A stretch of 63,946 nucleotides of DNA, the filler included, from Octopus bimaculoides (lineage: Eukaryota): NCBI RefSeq assembly GCF_001194135.2. It is 5 parts of 5 records of this genome, joined end to end, with 100 filler letters (N's around TTAATTAATTAA, not from the genome) between each part and the next. Parts side by side here need not be neighbours in the genome. Positions count along the whole stretch, not along the records: positions 45,998 to 59,788 come from NC_068984.1; positions 59,889 to 62,758 come from NC_068981.1; 3 more parts are not named here. One strand, written 5' to 3'. Positions 49,904 to 61,945 of this stretch are shown here, in pieces (position 1 is the stretch's first letter; each line of letters opens with the position of its first letter). The position numbers were made by a program, and so were the translations under genes. The notes under the pieces were generated by a model. The model worked only from the letters and a program-made list of their open reading frames with translations. It did no database searches and was not told where the DNA came from.

Positions 49904-50637
49904 NCAAGGGCTTTCTCCGATTCGCTCTTGATTTCGACAACGGTGTTAAAACGGCGACTTTGAACTGAATTTTCAGATTGGGGAAGAGAGATGAAAGTCC
50001 GCAGGCGCTAAATCTGGCGAATAGGGTGGGTACGGAAGCGATACCATGTTGTTTTTGGCGAGAAACTCATGAATAAGGAGAGTTTGGTGACAGGGTGCAT
50101 TGTCGCCGTGAAGAATCCACTTCTTTGCTCTCCACAGTTCTGGTCGCTTTCGCCGACCGTCCTCCTTCAAACGCTTCAAAACGTTGTTGATTGTCCACCG
50201 ACGATCCTCATGCACAAGCTGATGAATTTTCTCCACATTTCCGATGGGTGACGCTCGTGGCAGGTCTTCCAGATTGCTCATCGTTTTCCAGGGACGTTCT
50301 ACCGCTTTTGAAGCGTCCGTGCCACTCGAAAAATTGCGTACGATCCATTGCTTCGTCGCCGTAAGCTTGCTGAAGCATGCTCAATGTCTCTAAAATAGAC
50401 TTCCCAAGTTTAACGCCAAGTTTCACCTTGGTTCTTTGTTCCAACTTCCTGTCCATGACAAAAACAGCAGAATACAGCTCACACTTGATCACAAAACATA
50501 AATTTCACAACTTGCGAATTAAACACAGCACTGTCACTCGGCACACTACCTCATAAAGGTCACTGCTTGTTCTCACTGCGCACGCATCTATTGGAGTGCT
50601 ACAGAACTAGTCCGAAAATTTTTTGATACCACCTCAT
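49904..50637 (-). mobile_element. mariner (Tc1/mariner DD34D) transposon, internally deleted and frameshifted; 3' end lost in a gap
   Basis: MDRKLEQRTKVKLGVKLGKS..AYGDEAM..FEWHGRFKSGRTSLENDEQSGRP (HTH), then LHGDNAPCH and PYPPYSPDLAPADF. Left TIR GAGGTGGTATCAAAAAATTTTCGGA at ~50611-50635. Confidence 0.93.
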
Positions 50638-51954
50638 GTCCGGCAAGCTAACGATTCCTCCTGCAGGCCGGCAGAATCATTAAATTCACTTTAACATAAC
50701 TGAATATCGCGAGGAATTTACTTCAACATTCAAATGTTTCTGACAAAACCCCACCACCACCACCACCACTTTGTTCATTGCTAAGTCAGAGAAAGATGAA
50801 CAATATCCGTGATATTTTCAGGGTTTGCATGACTGATGGGTGGAGCAGGCAAGACGTTACCCTCAAATAGGAGACACGACCTGAATGTTTGTTGCAGATT
50901 AGACCCTACTAGATGTTCCCCAAAGTGCCAGATAATGGTGATAATGTAAATAAATTGTAGCCACAACACGTAACAGGAACAGCCCCTCTGGTGAGATTCC
51001 ACCCTGTTCCCGTCAACACAAATTTCACTCACAGAACTTTGGTCGATCTTTGGCTGTGGTAATAAACGCAATTGTATCGAACCTGAAAGCTCACAATTAC
51101 GAAGCAAATTCCTCAACCACATAGCCATATCAACTCCCATATTAATATAATAAGATAATGAGCGCATCATGTTTATTTCCACAGTAAATATCATCATCAA
51201 TATGCGTGACAGAAATATACAGCTAGCATTTATTTTATTCTATTTTATTCTATTTTATTTTATTTTATCTTATTTTATTTATTTTCTTTTTTGCGTGCGC
51301 AAAACATGGTTGGGTGTCAAACAAAATTGAGAGCAAAACATGAAAAATACAGCCTGAAGCAAGAGAGGGTGAATATCCATAGAGAATGGTGCCTTTAAAA
51401 TAATCAAGATATATGCTAATATATATTTGATATGACTACAATCGATGCTAGGATGCCAGCAGAAACTGCTTTATGGCATATACCCAAAAAGTTTTCCAAG
51501 AGTAAGATATAAAAGTGATGGAAATCAATTAATGGCTACATGTGGCTGCTCTAGAAGTGGATACTTGAAGTGGTTCTAATTGCTGCTTTGACCAATGTCT
51601 TCCAATAATTAATTGATTTCTTTTGACTGGGCAGAAGACCAATTCGTAGAAGAGAGGATGTTATCGACTGAATCGACCCCCACATAATATAACTGATATA
51701 TAATTTATTGATTCTGGTGATATGAAAGGCAGAGTCATCTTCGGTTATATCTTCTGCGGTAACAGTAATGGGTTAACGGTGGCAACGATTACAATAACAG
51801 CGAAAGAAATTGTAACTTTATTTCGTTAAAACTCGCCAAGACACAAACTAAAAAAATACAGACGCCCCACACGCACACCACCAACACCACCACTAGAAAA
51901 ATATTCGTGAATTTCTTTCCTTTTCATCTGTTGCCTACCTTCTTTAATCCTTTC

Positions 51955-52400
51955 TACTCTAGGCACAAGGCCTGAAATGTTGTGGGGAGTAGGCCAGTTG
52001 ATTAGATCGACTCCAGTATGCAACTGGTACTTAATTTATTGACCCCGAAAGGATGAAAGGCAAAGTCGACTTCGGCGGAATTTGAACTCAGAACGTAAAG
52101 ACAGACGAAATGCCGCTAAGCATTTCGCCCGGCGTGCTAACGTTTCGTATTTCTTTACTGCCCACAAGGGGCTAAACACAGAGGGGGCAAACAAGGACAG
52201 ACAAAGGGATTAAGTCGATTAGATCGACTCCAGTGCGCAAATGGTACTTAATTTATCGACCCCATAAAGGATGAAAGGCAAAGTCGACCTCAGCGGAATT
52301 TGAACTCAGAACGTAAAGACAGACGAAATACCGCTAAGCATTTCGTCCGGCGTGCTAACGTTTCTTATTTCTTTACTGCTCACAAGGGGCTACACACAAG
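51955..52400 (-). mobile_element. SINE family C tandem array (two units plus the tail of a third)
   Basis: Reverse complement of the 34515-34950 unit; junctions at ~52146 and ~52365. Confidence 0.9.
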
Positions 52401-52814
52401 ATGGCGGCGGTGGTGGCGGCGGTGATGGTGGTTGTGATGGTTGTGGTGGTGATGGTGGTCGTGGTCATGGTCAGTTAAAATCAAGCAAACCTATAATTGG
52501 AGACGTTCCATCCGTGTCAATTTAAAGGAGATTTGACAGCTATTTCTAGTAGACTCGTCGACTGCCTAAAAGTCCTCACAGTGGCTGCTTATGTGTAGAC
52601 GTGTTTATCTTTAAAATAAGTGTTCTCTACGTTTTGTTCTTCTTCTTTAGTAATTTTTCATGTAATTAATATGTCCCATGTAAATACCACTTTATCTATT
52701 TTTGACGTCATAGCTAGTAAATTATCAAAATCGTTTGATGAAATGTTTATTAAAGCAAATTCTATCACAGTTAAGTCATTTAATGCAAGCAGCATTAGTA
52801 AGCTAACTAGAACG

Positions 52815-53191
52815 TATTATTATTATTATTCAGTAGTTTTATTTTTATAACGTGCTTTCACTTCACTACCGAGCGCAGCTCTGTGTGCCTTGGGTATGTG
52901 CTGTGGTTTGCTGTGATGCTCTTATGGTTACTGTATTGAAAGTGTTTTGCGTAGGATGTGTGCAGTGCCCAGTAGTGCAATTTTCTGTATGTTATATATA
53001 TTTGTAAGTCCTGGTGTTTTTATTATGTATTTGTCTGAATATTTTTTTATTATACCTAAGGCACCTACTATGATAGGAATTGTTTCTGTTTTTAGATTCC
53101 ACATTCGAGTTACCTCTATTTCCAGGTCTTTGTATTTTGAAAGTTTTTCCATTTCTTTTAGGGAAACGTTGTCATCTGCTGGTATTGATAC
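52815..53191 (-). mobile_element. R4/Dong-clade non-LTR retrotransposon 3' end (RLE C-terminus, 3' UTR, (TAA)n tail)
   Basis: VSIPADDNVSLKEMEKLSKYKDLEIEVTRMW..IIVGALG..QKIALLGTAHILRKTLSIQ*. The frame is intact up to the gap, and the tail is AATAATAAT. Confidence 0.88.
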
Positions 53192-53930
53192 NNNNNNNNN
53201 NNNNNNNNNNNNNNNNNNNNNNNNNNNNNNNNNNNNNNNNNNNNNNNNNNNNNNNNNNNNNNNNNNNNNNNNNNNNNNNNNNNNNNNNNNNNNNNNNNNN
53301 NNNNNNNNNNNNNNNNNNNNNNNNNNNNNNNNNNNNNNNNNNNNNNNNNNNNNNNNNNNNNNNNNNNNNNNNNNNNNNNNNNNNNNNNNNNNNNNNNNNN
53401 NNNNNNNNNNNNNNNNNNNNNNNNNNNNNNNNNNNNNNNNNNNNNNNNNNNNNNNNNNNNNNNNNNNNNNNNNNNNNNNNNNNNNNNNNNNNNNNNNNNN
53501 NNNNNNNNNNNNNNNNNNNNNNNNNNNNNNNNNNNNNNNNNNNNNNNNNNNNNNNNNNNNNNNNNNNNNNNNNNNNNNNNNNNNNNNNNNNNNNNNNNNN
53601 NNNNNNNNNNNNNNNNNNNNNNNNNNNNNNNNNNNNNNNNNNNNNNNNNNNNNNNNNNNNNNNNNNNNNNNNNNNNNNNNNNNNNNNNNNNNNNNNNNNN
53701 NNNNNNNNNNNNNNNNNNNNNNNNNNNNNNNNNNNNNNNNNNNNNNNNNNNNNNNNNNNNNNNNNNNNNNNNNNNNNNNNNNNNNNNNNNNNNNNNNNNN
53801 NNNNNNNNNNNNNNNNNNNNNNNNNNNNNNNNNNNNNNNNNNNNNNNNNNNNNNNNNNNNNNNNNNNNNNNNNNNNNNNNNNNNNNNNNNNNNNNNNNNN
53901 NNNNNNNNNNNNNNNNNNNNNCCATTATTA

Positions 53931-53985
<55 letters not shown>

Positions 53986-53989
53986 CATT

Positions 53990-55752
53990 ATTCATATACA
54001 CACAACAGATTAGACTGTTGGAAAAGAAAAATTCTTAACATCGGGCAACAACAAGTAACCTTAGATGCAAAGAACCCTCCTAAGTATCCTAGCTGTCCCT
54101 AATAGCACTTTTCTGGAGATGTACTAAACTGGGTTTTATGCCTATTCCCTCTATCCATCTGTTCAAATCTTTAGGGATAGCTCCAAATGCACCTATAACA
54201 ACTAGGATACATTTTATCCGCACTTTCCATACTTTCTGTAATTCAATGCCTAAGTCCTGGTAATTTGCTATTTTTTCTATACTTCTCATATTAATTTTTT
54301 CATCATTTGAAACTGTAAAGTCAATTATCTGGCACTTTCTATTCTCTTTATCTACTACTACTACCAAACCAGGCCTTCTAGCTTCTATTACTCTGTCAGT
54401 CTGAATGTTAAAGTCCTACAACAACTTATATTTCTTACTTTCTAATACTTTGCTAGGTTTGTGTTCACACCATTTATCAGTATGATCAAATCCTAGCTCT
54501 CTACATAACTTCCAGTAGATTAATCTCCCTAGGTTGTCACATCAGTTCTTGTATTCTTTCTCTGCCAGCATGCTACATTCACTTACTATATGAGTAACAC
54601 TTTCCTCTTTTGATTTGCATAACCTACAATGGGAATCTACTTGGTTTTCGCTTATCTTGGCTTTTATCTAATTAGTCCTTAATTCTTGATCTTGTGCTGC
54701 TACTAACAAACTTTCTGTCTCCCTTTTCAGTTTCTTTTCTGCAACCATACCCATGTCTCACTACTTACTATTTGCTGAAACTATATTTGGGAATATGCCA
54801 TGCAAAGCCTTCTACCAGTCAGATAACTTTTCTTTTTTCTGGTTCTTAACTTCATTTGGTCTTTTGGCTTCCCTATGTCTTGCTGTGACTCTAGCTGCTC
54901 TTAATAGCCTTTTTCACTATTACCTACATAGGAGTCTCTATCTACTCTAGCTAACTCCACGCAGTTTTCTATTGATATTAACCCTCTTCCACCTTCCTTT
55001 CTATGTAAGTATAATCTTGCTATTCCTGCCCTTCGGTGGAGTCCTCCATTCATATTGAATTCCTTCCTAGTTTTTCTGTCTCGCTTCGCTAATTCAGTTT
55101 TTGTCCAATCTACAAAAGCTGCTGATTATCTAAGTAATGATACTCCCCAAGTATTTACAGCCTTCACTAGATTCAGACCATTCAGCTTTGATTTCATTAG
55201 CTTCCTCACCCTTCTGAGGTACTCCTTCTCAATTTTCGTTTTCATTTCTAGAGTTAGCACTCTGTCAGATTCTAATACTCCTACATATTTATAACTCTTT
55301 TCTTCTTTAATTGATTTTAACGTCTGACCAACTGGTAACTGAATGGCTTTGATGTTAAACTACCTGTTCCATGTTCATGACTAATATTGAACACTTATTT
55401 ATGCCAAATTCCGTGCCTATATCTTTGCAGAAGAGTCTTACATTCTGTATTAAGGAATCTATCTCTTTTTCATTCTTACTAAAAAGCTTCAGATCATCCA
55501 TATAGAGCAAATGGTTAATTTTTTACTTACTATTTCTGAACTGATATCCTACCTTTGCCTTCCTTAATACTAAACTGAGGGGGATCAAACATAAGACAAA
55601 TATTAAAGGGGACAACGAGTACCTCCTGGAAAATTCCTCTTTCGATATTAACTTTCCCTAAGAGTGTGTCACCTGAGTACAGATCTACTTTCCATTTCTT
55701 CATGCTACAGCTATTTAATTCTCTTATGTTGTCTGCTATTCTGAATATACTC
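53990..55752 (-). pseudogene. Decayed R4/Dong-clade non-LTR retrotransposon (RT, CCHC finger, RLE), 5'-truncated
   Basis: GKVNIERGIFQ, KINHLLYMDDLKLF (YMDD at 55493-55504), CRLCKSKEESVTHIVSEC, EARRP(G)LVVVVDK, EKIANYQDL and LQKSALLGTARILRRVL*. It has several stops and frameshifts, and a (TAA)n tail at 53923-53990. Confidence 0.92.
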
Positions 55753-56232
55753 AAAAATGCAATTTTAAAGATGTTCATTCACTTGACCAGTTTCACTTTT
55801 TAGAAAAAGATTGTCAAAAGTAAAATATAAAGCTTTGTATAAGCTTTGTTGTGTTAAGTACTGGTTAGCATAAAAGTATTAAAATACATTTATACATTCT
55901 TTGATAATAATAAGAAAATGTTAAAAACAGTTTACAAGAAAGTATTTAAGAAAGTATTCAGAACGGGACTACAAAAAGTATTATGAGTTCAATTGAATAC
56001 TTTTTGTAGTCCCGTTCTGAATACTTTCTTAAATACTTTCTTGTAAACTGTTTTTAACATTTTCTTATTATTATCAAAGAATGTATAACTGTATTTTAAT
56101 ACTTTTGTGGTAACCAGTACTTAACACTATAAAGCTTATACAAAGCTTTACATTTTACTTTTGACAATCTTTTTCTAAAAAAGTGAAACCNNNNNNNNNN
56201 AAGTCAATAAATATCTTTAAAATTGCATTTTC
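55752..56232. repeat. Long palindrome / foldback (~230-bp arms, 13-nt loop)
   Basis: 55890-55982 is the exact reverse complement of 55996-56088; the outer arms have scattered mismatches. Confidence 0.9.
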
Positions 56233-56562
56233 AAACCTTCTTTTATATATATATACATACATACGTATGTACGTACGTACGTATGTATGTATGTATGTAT
56301 GTATGTATGTATGTATGTATGTATGTGTGGGAAAGAGAGAGTAAGGAGAGAGATAATCTCATTTAATGAAATGCCTTCCTGTTTCTTGTTTACTGATGTG
56401 TTCTCCCTTTTACAATTTAAATACTCTTCTATCTCTTCTTTTGCAACAAGAACATTCTGGAAGACAACTAAGGCTAATCACATTCTCTTTAAGACCCAAC
56501 TAAAAGTAACAGCTAATTGCCCCTCGAATCAAACCCTAGCGTCTTAAAAACGCCGTGTGGAG

Positions 56563-56831
56563 TAAAGGTAAAGGTAACACCTGAATATTATTATCTGTAG
56601 TCCTAGAATGCATTCGGCTGGTTATTCGGTTTCCATGACGTATAGGGGGCCGAGATCCCAGCACTCTCGCAGAACGAGGGCTGGTCCGTTACAAGGTTAT
56701 TCCTTTACAGTGCTGTGGATTGGAGTAACGTCAAATGAAGCGGTTTGCTCCAGAATGGCTTCAGGAATAGAAAGTACGATCTTGACAATCGTAAGTACAA
56801 CATCCCTAACCAATAGGTTACATGCCTTCAC
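56563..56831 (-). mobile_element. Decayed tRNA-head SINE with CORE/V-like middle and (TTACCT)n tail
   Basis: The reverse complement starts GTGAAGGCATG..TGGTTAGGG and contains TTACTCCAATCCACAGCACTGTAA and CATGGAAACCG. Confidence 0.5.
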
Positions 56832-56920
56832 GTGATGTGTGAAATACCCATCTTTGTTTTGTTTATTTGCAAGACAGACTGCCACAGAAATTATGAAGAA
56901 GGCAGATACGCCATTAGATA

Positions 56921-57298
56921 ATGGCACTCCGTCGGTTGCGACGACGAGGGTTCCAGATGATTCAATCGACGGAACAGCCAGTTCGTGAAATCAACGTGCA
57001 AGTGGTTGAGCACTCCACAGACAAGTGTAACCTTAACGTAGTTCTCGGAGAGATTCAGCGTGACACAGTGTGACAAGGCTGGCCTTTTGAAATACAGGTA
57101 CAACAGAAACAGGAAGAAAGAGTGAGAGAAAGTTGTGGTGAAAGAGTACAGCAGGGTTCGCCACCACCCACTGCCGGAGCCTTGTGGAGCTTGAGGTGTT
57201 TTCGCTCAATAAGCACTCACAACACCCGGCCTGGGAATCGAAACCGCGATCCTACGACTGCGAGTCCGCTGCCCTAACCACTGGGCCATTGCGCCTCC
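56921..57298 (-). mobile_element. tRNA(Arg)-like SINE, family D, full length
   Basis: Head GGAGGCGCAATGGCCCAGTGGTTAGGGCAGCGGACTCGCAGTCGTAGGATCGCGGTTTCGATTCCC has an A box, a TCG anticodon-like loop and a B box. tRNA-Arg-related SINEs (OR families) are known from octopus. Confidence 0.88.
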
Positions 57299-57361
57299 AT
57301 ATTAGATTGTGAGATTTTGCATACAGACCGCCTGAAAAATAAAAAGGGACGNNNNNNNNNN

Positions 57362-57613
57362 TACAACAGAAACAGGAAGAAAGAGTGAGAGAAAGTTGTG
57401 GTGAAAGAGTACAGCAGGGTTCGCCACCACCCACTGCCGGAGCCTTGTGGAGCTTGAGGTGTTTTCGCTCAATAAGCACTCACAACACCCGGCCTGGGAA
57501 TCGAAACCGCGATCCTACGACTGCGAGTCCGCTGCCCTAACCACTGGGCCATTGCGCCTCCATATTAGATTGTGAGATTTTGCATACAGACCGCCTGAAA
57601 AATAAAAAGGGAC
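57362..57613. other. Probable assembly duplication of 57099-57351 across a 10-N gap
   Basis: Identical sequence, including the unique flank, on both sides of the gap. Confidence 0.8.
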
Positions 57614-58496
57614 GGTCACGGCTTGGTTTCTGATAATTTAATTTTAACATGTTTCTGTGTGCGTGTGCGTGTGTGTGTATGTATGTATGCGTATGTATCT
57701 GTATGTGTATATGCATGTGTGCATACACATATACCGATACACACACACACTCAGACATACACGCAGACACAAATACACACACACACAAACATTTTGTAGA
57801 TGGAAAGTGAAAAGAAGCCCACTATGTGTGTGAGTGTGTGTGTGTGAGTGTGTGTGTGAGTGTGTGTGTGTGAGTGTGTGTGTGAGTGTGTGTGTGTGAG
57901 TGTGTGTGAGTGTGTGTGTGTGAGTGTGTGCANNNNNNNNNNGCAGGTGTGTTTTAGAACTTACTGTCGTTCACTTTTATTTTGCTTTTGTTTTTATATT
58001 TTTTCTAGACTATAGATATATGCACACACACACACACGCACACACACTTACACGCGCACACACATGCACACATACACACACACTTACACACTTATACATA
58101 CGCACACATACACACACACACACACACTTACACACTGATACAAACACACACATGCACACACATATACACACACTTACACACTGATACAAACACACACACA
58201 CATACACACATACACACACATACACACACACTTACACACTGATACACACACACACATGCACACACATGCACATACACACACACACTTACACTCTGATACA
58301 CACACAAGCACACACACATACACATACACACACACTTACACACTGATACGCGCGCACACACACACACACACACAACATTTTGCATTCGGAGCCGATTGTT
58401 GGAAATCATAAATTTTAATGAAATATTTGAAGAATAAATGAGCAAATGTTATGTTTATATAAGTATGTATGCCTGTGTGCGAGAGTCTATTTATGC

Positions 58497-58564
<68 letters not shown>

Positions 58565-58651
58565 ACATTGACAGAGGGCTGCTACGGTGACGGAGATGGC
58601 TGTTTCAATCTAAAAGACAACTTTCTTTCTTTGTTTCTTTCTTTGTTTATT

Positions 58652-58683
<32 letters not shown>

Positions 58684-58796
58684 TCCAATTACTTAAGATC
58701 TTTTCAGGTATAAGTTTTCTCAAGTTTAGAAAAATTATTTTTCTGCAATGGTGAAAAGACAAGAAAGGAAAAAATAATTTTATTTTATTTTTTTTT

Positions 58797-58806
58797 AATC
58801 CTCAAT

Positions 58807-58846
<40 letters not shown>

Positions 58847-59243
58847 CCATCCTCATCATCGTTGTCCGTGGTTGTCGTCGTGGTCGTCGTCATTGTCATC
58901 ACCACCATCACCACCACCACTTCAATCATCATCATCATCATCATTACAACCACAAACGCCATTATGATTATCATTATCAACCACCATCATCATCGTCATC
59001 ATCGTCATCATCATCATCAGCATCATCAGCATCGTCATCATCGTCATCATCGTCATCATCATCATCATCATCGTCGGCATCATCATCGTCATTATCGACA
59101 TGATCATCATGTCCATCATCATCATCATCATCATCATCATCCACATCATCGTCGTCGTCGTCGTCATTATCATCATCATCATCATCATCATCCTCGCCAT
59201 TATTATCATGATCATCTTCATCATCATCGTCATTACCAACATG

Positions 59244-59276
<33 letters not shown>

Positions 59277-59349
59277 GTCGTCGTCGTCGTCGTCGTCGTC
59301 ATCACGATCATCATCGCCATCATCATCGCCATCATCATCGTCATCATCG

Positions 59350-59382
<33 letters not shown>

Positions 59383-59440
59383 CCACCACCAACACCAGAA
59401 CCAGAATCAACTCCGCCAACAACAACAACGCCATCATAAG
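58797..59440. repeat. Large (CAT)n/(CGT)n trinucleotide array, followed by an (AAC)/(AAT)n array at 59610-59765
   Basis: Direct reading; this is the source of the spurious poly-H/D/M/I ORFs. Confidence 0.95.
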
Positions 59441-59663
59441 CGACCGCAGCTTTCTCCATCATCTTATTTATCTTTACATATTTGCTATTATCATTTTCTC
59501 CTTAATTATTAATTATTGTTGTTTCATTAACTGGTGTAGTTATTGATTTCTTTCCTTCAATTTATTGCGATGTAAACATAAACTCTTCATTGTGTTTACA
59601 AACAATGACAGTAATAATGATAACAAGAGCAACAACAACAACAATAACAACAACAATAATAAC

Positions 59664-59695
<32 letters not shown>

Positions 59696-59727
59696 TAATA
59701 ACAATAATAATAATAATGATAATAATG

Positions 59728-59770
<43 letters not shown>

Positions 59771-60029
59771 CTAGAACAGCAACGGACCNNNNNNNNNNNN
59801 NNNNNNNNNNNNNNNNNNNNNNNNNNNNNNNNTTAATTAATTAANNNNNNNNNNNNNNNNNNNNNNNNNNNNNNNNNNNNNNNNNNNNTATATATACAGA
59901 CACACATATATGTGCGTGTATACATACATAATGTATTGTAGAGATCGGCACATCACCTTCCTTTGGTAGAATGGAAGCAGATTCTTTTTCTGCTTAGCGA
60001 CTGTGTGTCAGTGTGGTGTGTGTACGTAA

Positions 60030-60350
60030 AGGTTTCAAAAATCGGTGCTTAACAACCTGGACAAATTCGCAACAATTTCTTCAAATATCACTCGAATGGG
60101 GAAGGAGAGGTTAAAGAGGGAGGTGGTGATTCCTAGTGTGTTTATCGAAAGGTGGATGAGAGTTACTAGATTGGTGCGGGTAAATGGGCCTTCTCTGAGA
60201 ATGTTCTTCAAAGCAGAGGGACAGAAACTGGAAGGCAGCACTTACCATACATTCGAGGTGGCAGACTAATCGGGGTTATTTCGTGCAAGATATTCCCCGA
60301 ATTACACTTGGTGGACTGCCCCACTACGGGAGACTGTATTTATTTATTCA
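60030..60350 (+). mobile_element. Tx1/L1-clade LINE 3' fragment
   Basis: ...GKERLKREVVIPSVFIERWMRVTRLVRVNGPSL resembles Tx1-type ORF2 C-termini, followed by a UTR ending in a (TTTA)/(TTCA) tract. Confidence 0.6.
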
Positions 60351-60561
60351 TTCATTCATTCATTTTTTTTTTGTTTGCTTGTTCATTTATTTAATTATTT
60401 ATTGCGTGAATTCTATTTTTGCGTCGTTTCTTACATATTTATTGCTGCTGTTTCTCATTTGTTCGACGTAAATCCCACATCTTTCTTTGATGATGATGAT
60501 GATATTATTGTTGTCGTTGTTGCTATTGTTGTTGTTGGTCTTCTTCTTCTTCTTCTTCTTC

Positions 60562-60604
<43 letters not shown>

Positions 60605-61091
60605 CATCATCTCAGACAACAGATTAAGTCTGCGGATTCGCTTATGTCACAAACGCGAAATAAACTGAATTAATGCTTATCCAAGCATTTCCTTAACTTT
60701 CAANNNNNNNNNNNNNNNNNNNNNNNNNNNNNNNNNNNNNNNNNNNNNNNNNNNNNNNNNNNNNNNNNNNNNNNNNNNNNNNNNNNNNNNNNNNNNNNNN
60801 NNNNNNNNNNNNNNNNNNNNNNNNNNNNNNNNNNNNNNNNNNNNNNNNNNNNNNNNNNNNNNNNNNNNNNNNNNNNNNNNNNNNNNNNNNNNNNNNNNNN
60901 NNNNNNNNNNNNNNNNNNNNNNNNNNNNNNNNNNNNNNNNNNNNNNNNNNNNNNNNNNNNNNNNNNNNNNNNNNATTGATTTTAAAAAAAGAGCATATAC
61001 ACGAATATGTACGCGCGCGTATTTACATCGACACATATGTGTACATTCAGACGCACATGCACACCATTTGTTCAATCACTAGTATATACAA

Positions 61092-61137
<46 letters not shown>

Positions 61138-61200
61138 GTATATGTGTATTTAGATATACGCGTATATATACATACATATGTATAGGTATATAATTATATT

Positions 61201-61245
<45 letters not shown>

Positions 61246-61280
61246 GTATATGTACATGTACACATACTTACACACACACA

Positions 61281-61348
<68 letters not shown>

Positions 61349-61863
61349 TATATATGTATATGGTGGAAGTCGACTTCGGACCAACTTGTATGAACTCAGT
61401 AAGCGCATGCAAATGTTCCAAGAGCCCAAGAAGTTCCCGTGCGTGAATTTCTTTGGAGTTGGTAAAATGTTGCACAGCACTGGCTGTCAACTTTCAGTGC
61501 AACGAACAATAACAGCAGAAGCACAAAAGAGAACGAGATCACTAGAAACCGAGTTTTCGATACAAGTTCACGTTTTCCAATAGGAGAAAGTTTTGGCGAG
61601 AACTAGGCATCTTCACTCGCAGTAGTCCATATGCTAATTCACCCATAGCTCGGACTCTAACAGGTACTACTAATCGAAGTCAGACATGACCTGGAAACAA
61701 TAAGGGACTGAGAGGTAGTTCCACACTCGTCAAAATCCCAGAATTCCCACACTGGGGCGCGCCACTACCGGATGCAATTTAAAGACATACGCAGGGTTGT
61801 TAAGATCGGCCATAATGGACATATAATACTGTACACTTCGATTAATATATATCCATGTATATG

Positions 61864-61928
<65 letters not shown>

Positions 61929-61945
61929 GTAGAAATATGTACATG

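Noticed and set aside
52600-52810. Protein-like open frames on both strands next to the R4 tail
   Set aside because: About 50 codons, interrupted by a stop, with no family motif recognised.
57225-57298. tRNA-Arg(TCG)-like sequence
   Set aside because: The acceptor stem does not close, and it continues into a repeat body; it is a SINE head, not a tRNA gene.
3707-60668. Long ORFs in the track made of X runs or poly-H/D/M/I/N/Y/CV tracts
   Set aside because: They are translations of N gaps and microsatellites ((CAT)n, (TAA)n, (TG)n, (ATGT)n); there is no protein signal.
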